DNA of 64,000 bases from Podarcis vaucheri. Its lineage: Eukaryota. Positions 1 through 10,944 of the stretch are shown here, piece after piece. The notes beneath the pieces were generated by a model. That model did not search any database. It had not been told where the DNA came from and worked only from the letters and a program-made list of their open reading frames with translations. The DNA lies in NCBI GenBank assembly GCA_965113315.1, contig OZ220372.1; one strand, 5' to 3'. Both the position numbers and the translations under genes were made by a program. Each line of letters starts with the position of its first letter. Within the stretch, counting starts at the first letter, position 1.

Positions 1-1330
1 CTGGTGGGTAGATCTTGTGTCTTCCAATACTTTGCGATAAGTATTCTTGCTGCTGTTGTGGCATACATAAAAAAGTTCTATCTTTCCTTGGCACCAATTG
101 GCCAACCATGCCCAGGAGAAAGGCCTCTGGTTTCTTCAGGAAGGTATATTTAAATACCTTTTTCATTTCATTATAGATCATCTCCCAGAATGCCTTAATC
201 TTTGGGCATGTCCACCAAAGGTGAAAGAATGTACCTTCAGTTTCATTACATTTCCAACATTTGTTATCGGGCAGATGATAGATTTTTGCAAGCTTGACTG
301 GTTATGTACCACCTGTAGATCATTTTCATTAAATTCTCTTTTAAGGCATTACATGCCGTAAACTTCATACCAGTGGTCCATAACTGTTCCCAGTCAGCCA
401 TCATAATATTGTGTCCAACATCTTGTGCCCATTTAATCATAGCAGATTTCACCGTTTCATCTTGAGTATTCCATTTCAACAGCAAGTTATACATTCTTGA
501 CAAATTCTTAACTTTAGAGTCTAACAATTCTGTTTCCAATTTTGATTTTTCCACCTGGAAGCCTATTTTTTTGTCCAAATTATATGCCTCCATTATTTGA
601 TAATAATGGAGCCAATCTCGCACTCTGTTTTTTAATTTTTCAAAGCTCTGCCGTTTTAATCTGTCTCCCTCTTGTTCCAAAATTTCCCAATACTTCAGCC
701 ATTTGGCCTCCATATTGAGTTTTTTTCTGAGCCTTTGCTTCCATTGGTGACAACCATCTTGGGGTTTTATTTTCTAACAAGTCCTTATATCTTATCCAGA
801 CATTAAACAGTGCTTTTCTGACAATATGGTTTTTGAACACTTTGTGTGATTTAACCTTATCATACCACAAGTATGCATGCCAACCAAATACATTGTTGAA
901 ACCTTCCAAATCCAACACATCCGTGTTTTCAAGAAGCATCCATTCTCTCAGCCAACAAAATGCGGCTGATTCATAATAAAGTTTAAGATCTGGCAGGGCA
1001 AATCCACCACTTTCTTTAGCATCTGTTAATATCTTAAATTTTATCGGAGGCTTCTTGCCCTGCCAGACAAATCTAGAGATATCTCTCTGCCACTTCTTGA
1101 AACAGTCCATTTTGTCCAAAATTTGCAATGTTTGGAACAAAAACAACAACCTTGGCAATACGTTCATTTTTATCACGGCAATTCGGCCTAACAATGATAA
1201 CTTCAAGTTTGACCATATTTCTAAGTCCTTTTTTACTTCAGTCCAACATTTTTCATAATTATCCTTAAATAAATTCACATTTTTAGCAGTCATATTAACC
1301 CCCAAATATTTCACTTTCTTAACCAATATT
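1..1330 (-). mobile_element. L1/Tx1-clade LINE, 5'-truncated ORF2 C-terminal part, frameshifted; runs off the left edge
   Basis: ORFs 640-1326 and 264-713 read as the L1 ORF2 tail (KYLGV, LSLLGRIAVIKMNVLPRLLFLFQ, GGFALPDLKLYY). The Cys-rich CWKC...GTFFHLWWTC motif is readable near 200-260. Frameshifts near 720 (T-run) and 300. Confidence 0.9.
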
Positions 1331-1456
1331 AATCAATACTGAACATTGCTAACAACCTAATGAACAACCTAACCTGTGAGCCAGACACTTGTGTGTACAT
1401 CAGTTTTACTGCAGCAACCATGGAAATATTTTTGGGGTGCTTCTCTTGGCTTAGAT

Positions 1457-2992
1457 CAGTGTTTCCCAACCGGTGTTCCGCGGCACACTAGTGTGCCGCC
1501 GGACGTTGCCTGGTGTGCCGTGGGAGGGAGGCGGGCGACTCGGGCTAATCCTCCGACGAGCTCCACCTCCAGACCCATTCCTCAAATCCTTTAACCCAGG
1601 AAGGCAGGAGGGCGGGGAGGGGGGGGGAGAAAGAGAAAAAAGAAAGGGTGGAAAAAAAGAAGGGGAAGAGAAAATATTTTTTTAAAAAAAGGAAAGAGAG
1701 GGGAAAAAGCGAGGGATGGAGGAAGGGGAAGGGGGAAGAAGATGGGGGGTCTTTGTGTATAAACAGAAGGGGAGGACAATGAAGAGGGGCGGGGCTTGGC
1801 AGGCAGCAGATAACTGGGGAGGGGGACGCGGCTGGCGGCGGCTCAAGGCAGGAAGGGAGGAGCTGCCTCGCGGAGAGTCTTGGGCTGCAGAGATTTCCCG
1901 TTCAGGAGCGCGGGAGGCCACGCCGTGGATGGGAATCTCCTCCTCCTCTTCCTCCTCTTCCTCCTCCTCCTCCAGGAGAGAGGGTGGTCCGCCCCACCGA
2001 GTCGGGCCTGCTCAAGCGTGGGAGCCTATAGTTAGAGCTCAGCTCCTTTTCTTGCCTTCCCCGCCCCCCCACGGAGCACATTTTCCTCCCCCCCAACCCC
2101 CGCATGTAGAATAGAAGCCCTCCAGCCTCCACGGTGCACAAACTCTCCCCTCTGCAACGAAGCGCTTTGTTGCATATCTTTGGTGAGGTTTTTAGGCAGT
2201 CTTGGTGCACCTTAAATCAGCGCTAATTGCGCTTGGACACAGTATTTACTTCTGAGTAGGCCCCCTTCTCCCCCCCCCCCGGTAGCACCTGACGTTGCTA
2301 TTCGTATCATCAGGTTTGTTTGTTGATAATTTAATTGTTTTAAAAGCATCATGCTAAAGAGCTCTCTCCCACCCCCAGACCCTTGGGCAAAACAGAAACA
2401 CACACATACACAAACACAGAGATTGAGCCCTGTAGGTTTTATGAAATGAATGGATTCTGAATGCCTGTTTCAGTGGCTTGTCCGCCTTAGGCTGCTGGGC
2501 CAGACACCTGTTACACGGTGCAGTCCGTAAGCTGTGAGCGCTGCTACCTGCCGCCGAGACCACGTAACGACAGTCTTGAAAGACCTACATTGGCTCCCAG
2601 TACCTTTCCGAGCACAATTCAAAGTGTTGGTGCTGACCTTTAAAGCCCTAAGCGGTTTCGGTCCAGTATACCTGAAGTAGCGTCTCCGCCACCATCGTTC
2701 AGCCCAGACACTGAGATCCAGTGCCAAGGGCCTTCTGGCAATTCCCTCACTGTGAAAAGTGAGGTTACAGGGAACCAGGCAGAGGGCCTTCTCGGTAGTG
2801 GCGCCCGCCCTGTGGAATGCCCTCCCATCAGACATCAAAGAGATAACCATTACCTTCTATGCTGTTACTATTTTTTTTATTTTTTTTTACATAAGTAAAA
2901 AGTGACCTTTCCCCATCTGGCATGGTGGTGTGCCTCGAGATTTTTTTCATGAAACAAGTGTGCCTTTGCCCAAAAAAGGTTGGGAAACACTG
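1457..2992 (+). mobile_element. Non-autonomous hAT (Charlie-like) element with captured cargo (copy A)
   Basis: TIRs CAGTGTTTCCCAACC...GGTTGGGAAACACTG. Perfect 8-bp TSD GCTTAGAT at 1449-1456 and 2993-3000. Arms shared with 7016-8332. Confidence 0.93.
2546..2846 (+). mobile_element. L2 LINE 3' ORF fragment inside hAT copy A
   Basis: Plus frame reads DHVTTVLKDLHWLPVPFRAQFKVLVLTFKAL...RAFSVVAPALWNALPSDIK with stops, which matches the L2 C-terminal LHWLPV and WNxLP motifs. Confidence 0.85.
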
Positions 2993-4159
2993 GCTTAGAT
3001 TTTCCAACTACTGTGATTCAAAGCAATACCTTTTACTGGACCCAAGTTGTTTGGAATAAGGAAAAATCAGGCAAGGATTCCACTATTCCACTATTGCCAT
3101 TTATTTTATTAAGAAGTTCCCTTCCCAGCTATTGATATTTTACACCAGGGCTGATATTTTACACCAGTGTATACAAACACTTGGTTGCCAGCTGAAAGAC
3201 TTAAGTCATATTGGTTGCTTATTACTTTATGAGAAGGCTCAGTTTTTTAGCAGCTTGTTCAATAGTTCCTGATTCAGATTGCTCACTGCAGAGTTCACTG
3301 TTTGACTTTTCTTTCACTCAGTCTGTATAGAGTTCTGTACCAGAATATTTTCTTTCTCTGAAATTGGTCGGCAAGAGTTCCTGCTCCGACCTTTGTTTGG
3401 AAGGGAGGAACTTTAGTTGTACCACCAGGTCTGCTGATACCTGATCTGTGGCCTGGCTTTCGTGAGGATTCAAGTCCAGCCTTAGCTTCCTGAATTACCA
3501 TATCAAGTAGCAAGGAAGGGACAGAACTAAAGCAGGTGTCATATTGCAGTCACTGGCAGCCATTAAAACATCTGCCTTGCTCTTGTTTTGTACTTTTTTA
3601 TATAATCACACACAGTTCCCTGCAGACTGCTTGAGAATCTATCTAGTGTTCCTGTGAGCTTAAACCACCTGCTTCAAATGACATTTTTGCAAGTTTTAGT
3701 CATTATTGTCTCAGTCTTTCTTCACTGCCCAAAATAAAAACAACTCCCCCCTAAACTAACCTGAACAGAAACCTAGGACTTTTAAAAATAAAAGCAAATA
3801 GTCCCCTCCCCTCTTAAAGGATTTGAGAATGTTGAATCCATTTTCCAAATATGCTAAGATGCTAGACATTTATGAGGGTGGGGTAAGAGAGATGGTTTGG
3901 AAATATTACTGCATGATATTATGTTCTGAAACATAATATGTAACAAATTCTTATTTAGGCATTTTCTGACATGATTTTTTTTTAGGTCTAGCTATTGTTA
4001 TGACTCTTGACCAATAGGTCTTTTGTTAGGCAGATTGCTGGCTAACGATAAAAGATGGCTGTTGATGTTTCATCAATGGGTGCTAATAGTTAGGAGATGG
4101 CCTCCTGATATTTGAAGTAACCTCTATGGGGTTTTTTTGAATGACATACCCCCAATGGA

Positions 4160-4525
4160 GGGGATGTGGGTGGCGCTGTGGTCTAAACCACAGAGCCTAG
4201 GGCTTGCCGATCAGAAGGTCTGATCGGCGGTTTGAATCCCAGCGATGGGGTGAGCCCCCGTTGCTCAGTCCCTGCTCCTGCCAACCTAGCAGTTTGAAAG
4301 CACGCCAAAAAAAAAGTGCAAGTAGATAAATAGGTACCGCTCCAGCAGGAAGGTAAACGGTGTTTCCATGTGCTGCTCTGGTTTGCCAGAAGTGGCTTAG
4401 ACATGCCGGCCACATGACCCAGAAGCTGTACGCCGGCTCCCTTGGCCAATAAAATGAGATGAGCGCCACAACCCCAGAGTCTGCCACAACTGGACCTAAT
4501 GGTCAGGGGTCCCTTTACCTTTACC
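4160..4525 (+). mobile_element. Sauria SINE, full length
   Basis: tRNA-like head GGGAtGtGGGTGGCGCTGTGGTCTAAACC, core GTGCAAGTAGATAAATAGGTACC, (ACCTTT)n tail. TACCCCCAA occurs in both flanks. Confidence 0.9.
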
Positions 4526-5267
4526 CCCAACAGACCTTGCAGAAGGTGTCACCCCCCACAAGGGCTAAGGTTGTGGGTGGGTGGGTGGGTGGGTGGATGA
4601 GAGAGAGAGAACAAGCAGTATTTGCCTTGTAGGACTTTCACATTCATTTATGCTCTGCTTTTAGCTTTGCACATCAAGCAAATGTTACAAAGTTACTGTA
4701 AGTATTCAATGCTCTATTATCCAAAAGAAATTAAACCAATATTGTTGCCCCTGGAACTTTTTACAGCTCAAAAATTGTGAGACATGCAATAGTTTTATGC
4801 TATTACCTTAATTTGTGAAAAGATTTAAACTGAAACTAAGAGCAACATATTGTAAAAAAAATAATACTTATTCAGAAAGCATATGCTTAAAAATGGGATT
4901 CATTACCTTGCAGTTGTGTTCCTTACAACTTTTGTATAAGGTTTAGTACTGTTAACCTGAAGTTTTGTGAAATACAAAAAAGATTAAAAGTCTAGAATCA
5001 GAAATGGAGTAGGAAAAAGGTGTGGCCTTGACTGAGGGGCAGGGAGAAAGCTTTGGAAAGAACAGGGATGTTCCTATGCCATCAAATGGAAGGGCCTGTA
5101 TTTAGGAAGGGTTAGGAAAAAGTGGAGGTGTTTGTAACAGTGGGTGGAAGCAAGCTAGTGCCAGAGGGCTTTCCAGCAGGCTTTGCTTAATGTTGTTAAT
5201 CCTATACTGTACTCTCTTACCTGGGATTACAGTTACTCTTATTAGTTGTTTTGTTTACCAGGGGGCC

Positions 5268-6205
5268 CATAGGCGCCTACTCCATGGGGCCTGAGGGGGC
5301 CCGAGCCCCCTCAAAAATTCGTTTGGGGGGCTCTGCCCCCCCCAATAATCTCGGGCGCCCCTCCATCAGAGCGCCGCCGCCGAGCATCAGCCTTTGTGGC
5401 CTTACCTGCCACGGCGTCCGCTGCACCTTCGTACCTGTAGAAGCACCCGAGCACCAGAAAGAGCGTGAGGAGCCCCATGGTGTCTGCCGCCTCTCCGCGC
5501 GCGAGAGGATCCGCAGCGCAAGACAGGGGATCGCATGCACACGAGCCAAGACACCGCACGAGCCGGGGGGGGACACGGGGGCGCGGTGCAAGCGGGCTCT
5601 ACCCAGGGCAGCAAGCGCGGAGTCCCATCCCTGCTCCCCGCCGCGCCTCCCTCGCCCTGCAAGGCGCCGCGATGCCGAAACCCTCCGGCTGCGCAACAGG
5701 CGCTCACTTCCGGGGAGGGAGCCCTGCTCTCCCCGCCTCCCTCTTCCGCGGGGCGGGCGGCCCCCGCCGAGGCGCCGCTTGGCGCAGAGACAACGGAGTT
5801 TGCTTGGCCGAGGGGCCAGGGCAGCCGTGCCGGTTGCAGCAACCCTCCTTCCCCAAAAGGGCAGCCCGCTTGCTTTGTTGGCATCTCTCGCCGCGCCTGG
5901 GAATGCCGCCGCCTCACCCAAAATGCCAAATGCTTGGAAATTCAGCTCACCTTAAAAAAATTAAAAAGGATTGCCTGCTTCAAGAGCGTGGAGGGGAATA
6001 ACTAACCCGCAAGCCACTGGGGTGGGAAGGGGGAAATGCAGCCTTGCATTAGGGAAAGAAAATCTTTAAAGAAAAACTTTAAAGAAAAAAAATCTTTAAA
6101 GAAAAACTTTAAAACTCACTAATTTTCATCTAAAATTTAGAAAACTTCCTGGGGCAGGACCCCGGTATGGACCCCCCCAATATTTTTTATAAGTCGGCGC
6201 CCCTG
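5268..6205. mobile_element. Non-autonomous TIR element (probably hAT) with captured CpG-island/first-exon cargo
   Basis: Imperfect TIRs CATAGGCGCCTACT / AGTCGGCGCCCCTG. Flanks CCAGGGGGCC and CCAGGGGCC form an imperfect TSD. The interior is GC-rich within AT-rich surroundings. Confidence 0.75.
5406..5478 (-). pseudogene. Captured first coding exon encoding a signal peptide (donor gene not identified)
   Basis: Strong Kozak context GACACCATGG, peptide MGLLTLFLVLGCFYRYEGAADAVA, then a phase-1 donor G|GTAAGG. GC-rich 5' region with an ETS-type CACTTCCGG at 5705-5713. Confidence 0.6.
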
Positions 6206-7015
6206 CCAGGGGCCCAGTGTTTCTGTGTTATCAACACATATCCTCCTATATGAGTAAATATGTTTCCGTAATATGATCTGTTACTTCAGAAGCATTTTTA
6301 TTTGCATGCAGCACACTTTAAAAACACACACAGATGTCCTGACTAGAGGCAGTGTGACTCTAAAAGTTAAAGAACATAAGCAAAAGCTACTTAGCACCCC
6401 CAACACACACTAACATTTTAAGCTGTTTGTAACAACTTAAACAAACTTCCTTGATTGGATTTATGCTAATGGATCTCCTGTAGGCATTTCTAATTCATTT
6501 ACATTTAATTTTAAGGTTGCCTCTGTTGTGTTTCCAATTCAAACTAATACCATTAACAGATAAAATGAAAGTGTGTAACAGGTCAGAAGCCACAAGATGG
6601 CAATAGTTGAAGAGCAATTTGCTTCAAGAAGGAGTTGGATTGTAGATACTACAGTGAGATTACTCCTACTATGTTATTTATATAGTGCCCATCATCTGTA
6701 GCTAGAAAGGCACTTTATGTAATTAAATATAATTTTATTTTCTGTACTGATGGGAAAAGGAGGAAATGGAGGTGAAGGGATCTATCAAAGGTGTGTGGCA
6801 GAGCAATGCATAGCACACATATCTCCTTGCAGAGAAGAATATTGGACCAAATATGGTGGATTGAGAAACCCAAATTTTAGGTCCCTTCATGTCCCTATTT
6901 TGAACACAAAGTTACTTCTGTGACAGTTCCAAGAAGTACAAAACAGGAAATGGGTATCTAGTGGATGTTTGTATGTTAAAAAGTCTTTAAGGGGCCATCA
7001 AATGGATGTTTAGAT

Positions 7016-8332
7016 CAGTGTTTCCCAACAGGTGTCCCGCGGCACACTAGTGTGTCGCGAGACGTTGCCTGGTGTGCCGTGGGAGGGAGGCGAGCGAGTC
7101 GGGCGGCGAGAGGCGGGGCGGCGGCAGCAAGGAGAGGCCGCCCAGCGCGGGGCTCTCGCCGTCTGCCTGCCTGGCTGCCTGCGTGGCGCTGACGTCACGG
7201 GGCTGTAACGTGCCCCACATAGGCACACACGGGGCGGCGAGCGAGCTCCCTCCCACATCCCATCGCCGGCTCTGCACCAGGCGGTAGAGCTCGGCGAAGT
7301 CGCCGCGCTGGAAGGCCAGCAGCGCGCGCGCCTTGCCCTGGCTCTCGCCCGCCTGCGCCTCCAGGCACGGCGCCTCGGCGTCGGGCGGCAGCGAGCCCAG
7401 GAAGCGGCCCAGCCGGCCGGGGTCGCCCGCCTGCAGCAGCGCCTCGCACACGCACGAGACCTGCTCCGCCGAGAAGCGCGGCGAGCGCGGAGGATCGGGC
7501 GCGGCGGAGGCCAGCCCCGCGCTTGGAGAGGACGCAGCAGCCGTCGCCAAACCCGATCCTCCTCCTCCTGCTCCGCCGCCGTCCTCTGGCTCTCGGCCGG
7601 GAGGAGCCTGCGGCGATGGGGCGGGCGCCAAAGTTGGCAGAAGTTGGCGCGCCTCCTCGGCAGCGCCTTCGTCCTCCTCCTCCTGCCTCTGCTCTCCTCC
7701 GGCGGCGGGGGCGCGCTGCCCTCCCCGGCCGGGGGGCTCGGTGGGGCCTGCGGGGAAGGAGGCCATGTTCGCGGCGCGCGGGATCACGGCCCCCCTCGCC
7801 CGCCTCCGGTCCGCTCCCCTCCCCCTGCGCGCTGCCCTAGCCGTGCGGGTCTCCTCCCCCTGCGCCGCCGTCCCCTTTCCACATCCTAGGAGCCGCGGTC
7901 CGCCTTCCGCCCCCGGGCCGCGGCGCGGCTCCCAGCCTGGGCTGGCCTCCGCCTCCTGGGACGCGCGCCCACCCCCGCGGCCCCCCAAACTTCGGAGCAA
8001 CTCTCCAGACGCTTCTCCCCCGCCTCGGTCTCCCTCCTTTCCACTTCTCTTCCCCCCTTCCTTCCCTCTTTCTTTCTCTTTCTCTCCCACCCGCCTTTCC
8101 TTCTATTAACTTTCCTTTCCCCTTCCCATGTAGAACAGTCCCTGCAAATAAAAACCTAGCATATTTGAAAGAGGGATGCTAGCCTAACCATTACCTTCTA
8201 TGCTGTTACTATTTTTTTATTTTTTTTTACATAAGTAAAAAGTGACCTTTCCCCATCTGGCATGGTGGTGTGCCTCGAGATTTTTTTCATGAAACAAGTG
8301 TGCCTTTGCCCAAAAAAGGTTGGGAAACACTG
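7016..8332 (+). mobile_element. Non-autonomous hAT (Charlie-like) element with captured SIX5 fragment (copy B)
   Basis: Same TIRs as copy A. Perfect 8-bp TSD GTTTAGAT at 7008-7015 and 8333-8340. Confidence 0.93.
7266..7766 (-). pseudogene. SIX5: Transposon-captured SIX5 exon-1 fragment (N-terminus plus N-terminal half of the SIX domain, no homeodomain)
   Basis: MASFPAGP...EEEDEGAAEEARQLLPTL...RFSAEQVSCVCEALLQAGDPGRLGRFLGSLPP...KARALLAFQRGDFAELYRLVQSR parallels SIX5 as I recall it (MATLPAEP...EEEARQLLQTL...RFSPEQVACVCEALLQAG...RARALVAFQRGEYAELYRLLESR). Similarity stops abruptly at about 7266. Confidence 0.88.
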
Positions 8333-9267
8333 GTTTAGATACTATCTCCAATAAAAGGGTTATATATAATGTGGTGGAGTTGTGCTGAAGTCCATATGTT
8401 TTGGAAACTAGTGATTACAGAGAGCTGTACACTTAGAAGTATAAATGTGATTGCAGACCCTAAACTATGTATTTTGTCATTTTCTTTTTAATAAATGTAA
8501 TGCAGTTTTTCTATGGAAACAGTTAATTATATATATTCTGGTAGCTGCACAATTAGTAATCACTCAGTGCTGGAAAGGCACTTCATGTTATATCCTTGAT
8601 AACTGGTTCAAGGAAGTTATGTTCATTGCTATCTCAAATTGACATGTAATCTTTGTGTGCCATTAGGTGATGCTGATGCTTCTGATCTCACCTCTGTTTG
8701 GAGGTTATATTTAATAACAGTCACATGGGTGGCAAATCCCTTCAAAATATTATTTTATTTGGCAGTGTCTGTAAACAGGAAAGCCTTTCTCCTCCCCCCA
8801 TTTCCTTCACTGTATAATGTGTTTGTATTCTTATGCCCCATTTATAATTTCAGAATTTCCATTCAGTTCTTCCCTTGGATGGTTTTCCTAAAATACTTAC
8901 AGTTGAAAGAGAGTGGGGAACAAGATGAAGTCAAGAAAACAGAGACAGACTGTGCACCTATTCAGCCACATGTGCATAGGCATAGAGTTGGCATTGCCTA
9001 ATTAAAGCCATTTGCTGCCAAAAAGGCAAGATGGAGCAAAGCCACCTAACATCACATATTACCTAAGGATAGTAATTTATGCAGAAGAGTGTTGCTGATT
9101 ATCTTAATTGGTACTGAGTTAATAGCTATATAAGAGAACTACACCTTGGGCAATTGCTAACTGTAATGGTTTGAAGATGTGCTTATCATCAACACAAGTG
9201 CAGTGATTATGCGCTCAGGCAAACTTTCAGTTTTGTTAAGCTCTTACATGTCTTACTGCCATGGCTT

Positions 9268-9385
9268 GTGCATGTGCACGAAAGCTCATACCAATAACAA
9301 ACTTAGTTAGTTTCTAAGGTGCTACTGGAAGGAATTTTTTTATTTTGTTTTGACTATGGCAGACCAACACGGCTACCTACCTGTA
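9268..9385 (+). mobile_element. Penelope-like element pseudo-LTR fragment
   Basis: GCACGAAAGCTCATACC...TAAGGTGCTACTGGAAGGAATTTTTT...GACTATGGCAGACCAACACGGCTACC is homologous to 34882-34976 and 31678-31806. Confidence 0.75.
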
Positions 9386-9784
9386 TACCACACCATTAAT
9401 GTATGTGGTGGTTTGCAAAGTAACATACGTAAAGAGATATGTCCTTGCTCCAAGTAACATGCAAACTACAAATGCTTGCTGTGTGTGAGAAAAGGAAGAG
9501 GCATAGACCCTATGGGGATGAAGGGTGCATAGGGAACAGGCTCCGTTTTCTAAACCTAATTCAGGTATTTACATTAAATGCTAAGAACAGCTTTCAGGGA
9601 GGAATGTATCACTACTAAAGTGAATTCACCCTAGGACACAGACTCTATGAGGATGCAACAAGATTGTTGAAGATCTCTCCTCTCACTCCCCCCCCCCGGC
9701 TGTTGCTCCTTTTAATGTTCAGGACAAAACCAGGCTGTCAACCAGGCTGAGCCAGTATACATATTGAAGCCAAAACAAACAACA

Positions 9785-10195
9785 GAGTGCAAGAGGTCCA
9801 CCAGATCAGGCCAGGGGCCCATCTAGTCCAGCGTTCCTAATCTCACAGTGACCCACTAGATCTCTATGGGAAGTCTGCAAGCGGGACCTGAGCGCAGCAG
9901 CACTCTCCCAATTTGTGATTTCAGCAGCTGGTATTCAGAGGCATATGGCCTCTAACAGCGGAAGTAGAACTGAGCCATAACCTCCATGACTTTGTGTCTA
10001 TTCCTCTTTTAAAGCCGTCCCAGTTGGTAGCTGTTTCTACATTTTGTGGGAGCAAATGCCATAGTTTAACTTGGTGTTGTGCAAGTAAGTTCCTTGTTCT
10101 GTCCGTCTTGGATTTTCCAATGTTCAGTTTCATTGTATCACCTCAGGTTCTAGTACTCTGAGAAGGAGAAAAACCTCTCCCTGTCTGCTTTCTCC
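9785..10195 (-). mobile_element. Degraded CR1 LINE 3' fragment
   Basis: ORF 9921-10133 (VKLWHLLPQNVETATNWDGFKRGID) resembles the CR1 ORF2 end. CCATCTAGTCCAGC is typical of the CR1 3' UTR. Confidence 0.65.
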
Positions 10196-10944
10196 TCAAC
10201 ATACAAGTCTTGCATACCATCTTTCCCCGAAAGTAAGACATCCCCCGAAAATAAGACCCACTTCCAGTTTTGCCTCTCGCTGTAATATAAGGCATCTATA
10301 CATCCCTAACAATAAATAACACTCCCACCCACTGACTAGCATATAGAAACTCAGCAGTGACACCACTTCCCTAATTCCAAAATCATTCACGTCAGCTCAT
10401 ATATATTTTTAATCACCCCGCCCAGAAGTGGCAAAAGTGAGAAGACCCTGCAGGGGAGGATGGCACCCTGGCTGGCCACAATCCATCAAGTCCAAGTGTG
10501 TAAGCATTGCAGGAGGACAGGAACTAGTTTGCCAAGTAACGGGCATGGAGCAATGCCAGGAATTTGTTACCTGCCATGACCAAAGCAATTATCTCTCTTA
10601 TCCCCATAGGCTTCTTTACAGAGTGCCATATTTTACTAAACAGCTCAAGTGTTCTTTATGGAGAAAAGCCCTGCTCCCTTGCCCTCAATTTTGCCTGAAC
10701 GAGCCAGGCGTGCCCTTCTGTCAAGGCTCCCCAAATACACAAAGCACAGGTTAATTTTGGTCTGGCAGCCACATGAAGAGATGGCCACTTCCCCAGATTC
10801 CCAGGAGGCATCTAACAGCTTCCCTAAAGGTCTTTGCAGACTACCTGGCAAATGTGACCTGTGCTATGATTGGCTGGAAAAGTGTCGGCTGCACTCAATC
10901 CAAAGTGGGTAGAAAAGCCTTAAAAATTGACTAAGGACATGTTA

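Noticed and set aside
3318-4956. Possible spliced minus-strand exon pair 4907-4956 and 3318-3489 (VNSTKPYTKVVRNTTARKLRLDLNPHESQ...ELYTD*), plus a good donor near 5220
   Set aside because: The acceptors have weak pyrimidine tracts and the peptide is not recognisable. No compatible upstream exon was found, and the captured signal exon would hit immediate stops in both. RNA-seq or tBLASTn support would be needed.
6056-6115. Short tandem AAAATCTTTAAAGAAAAACTTTAAA repeat
   Set aside because: A local slippage duplication inside the 5268-6205 element, with no sign of separate function.
7047-8090. The 347-aa ORF as a genuine resident SIX-family gene
   Set aside because: The SIX domain is cut mid-way, no homeodomain or further exons are present, and the whole segment sits between TIRs with a TSD.
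5251-8109. Long overlapping ORFs (5251-5955, 5277-5921, 5465-6001, 7333-8109 and others; also 1716-2114)
   Set aside because: Low-complexity R/P/G/A-rich frames are expected by chance in very GC-rich DNA, and none has a recognisable domain.
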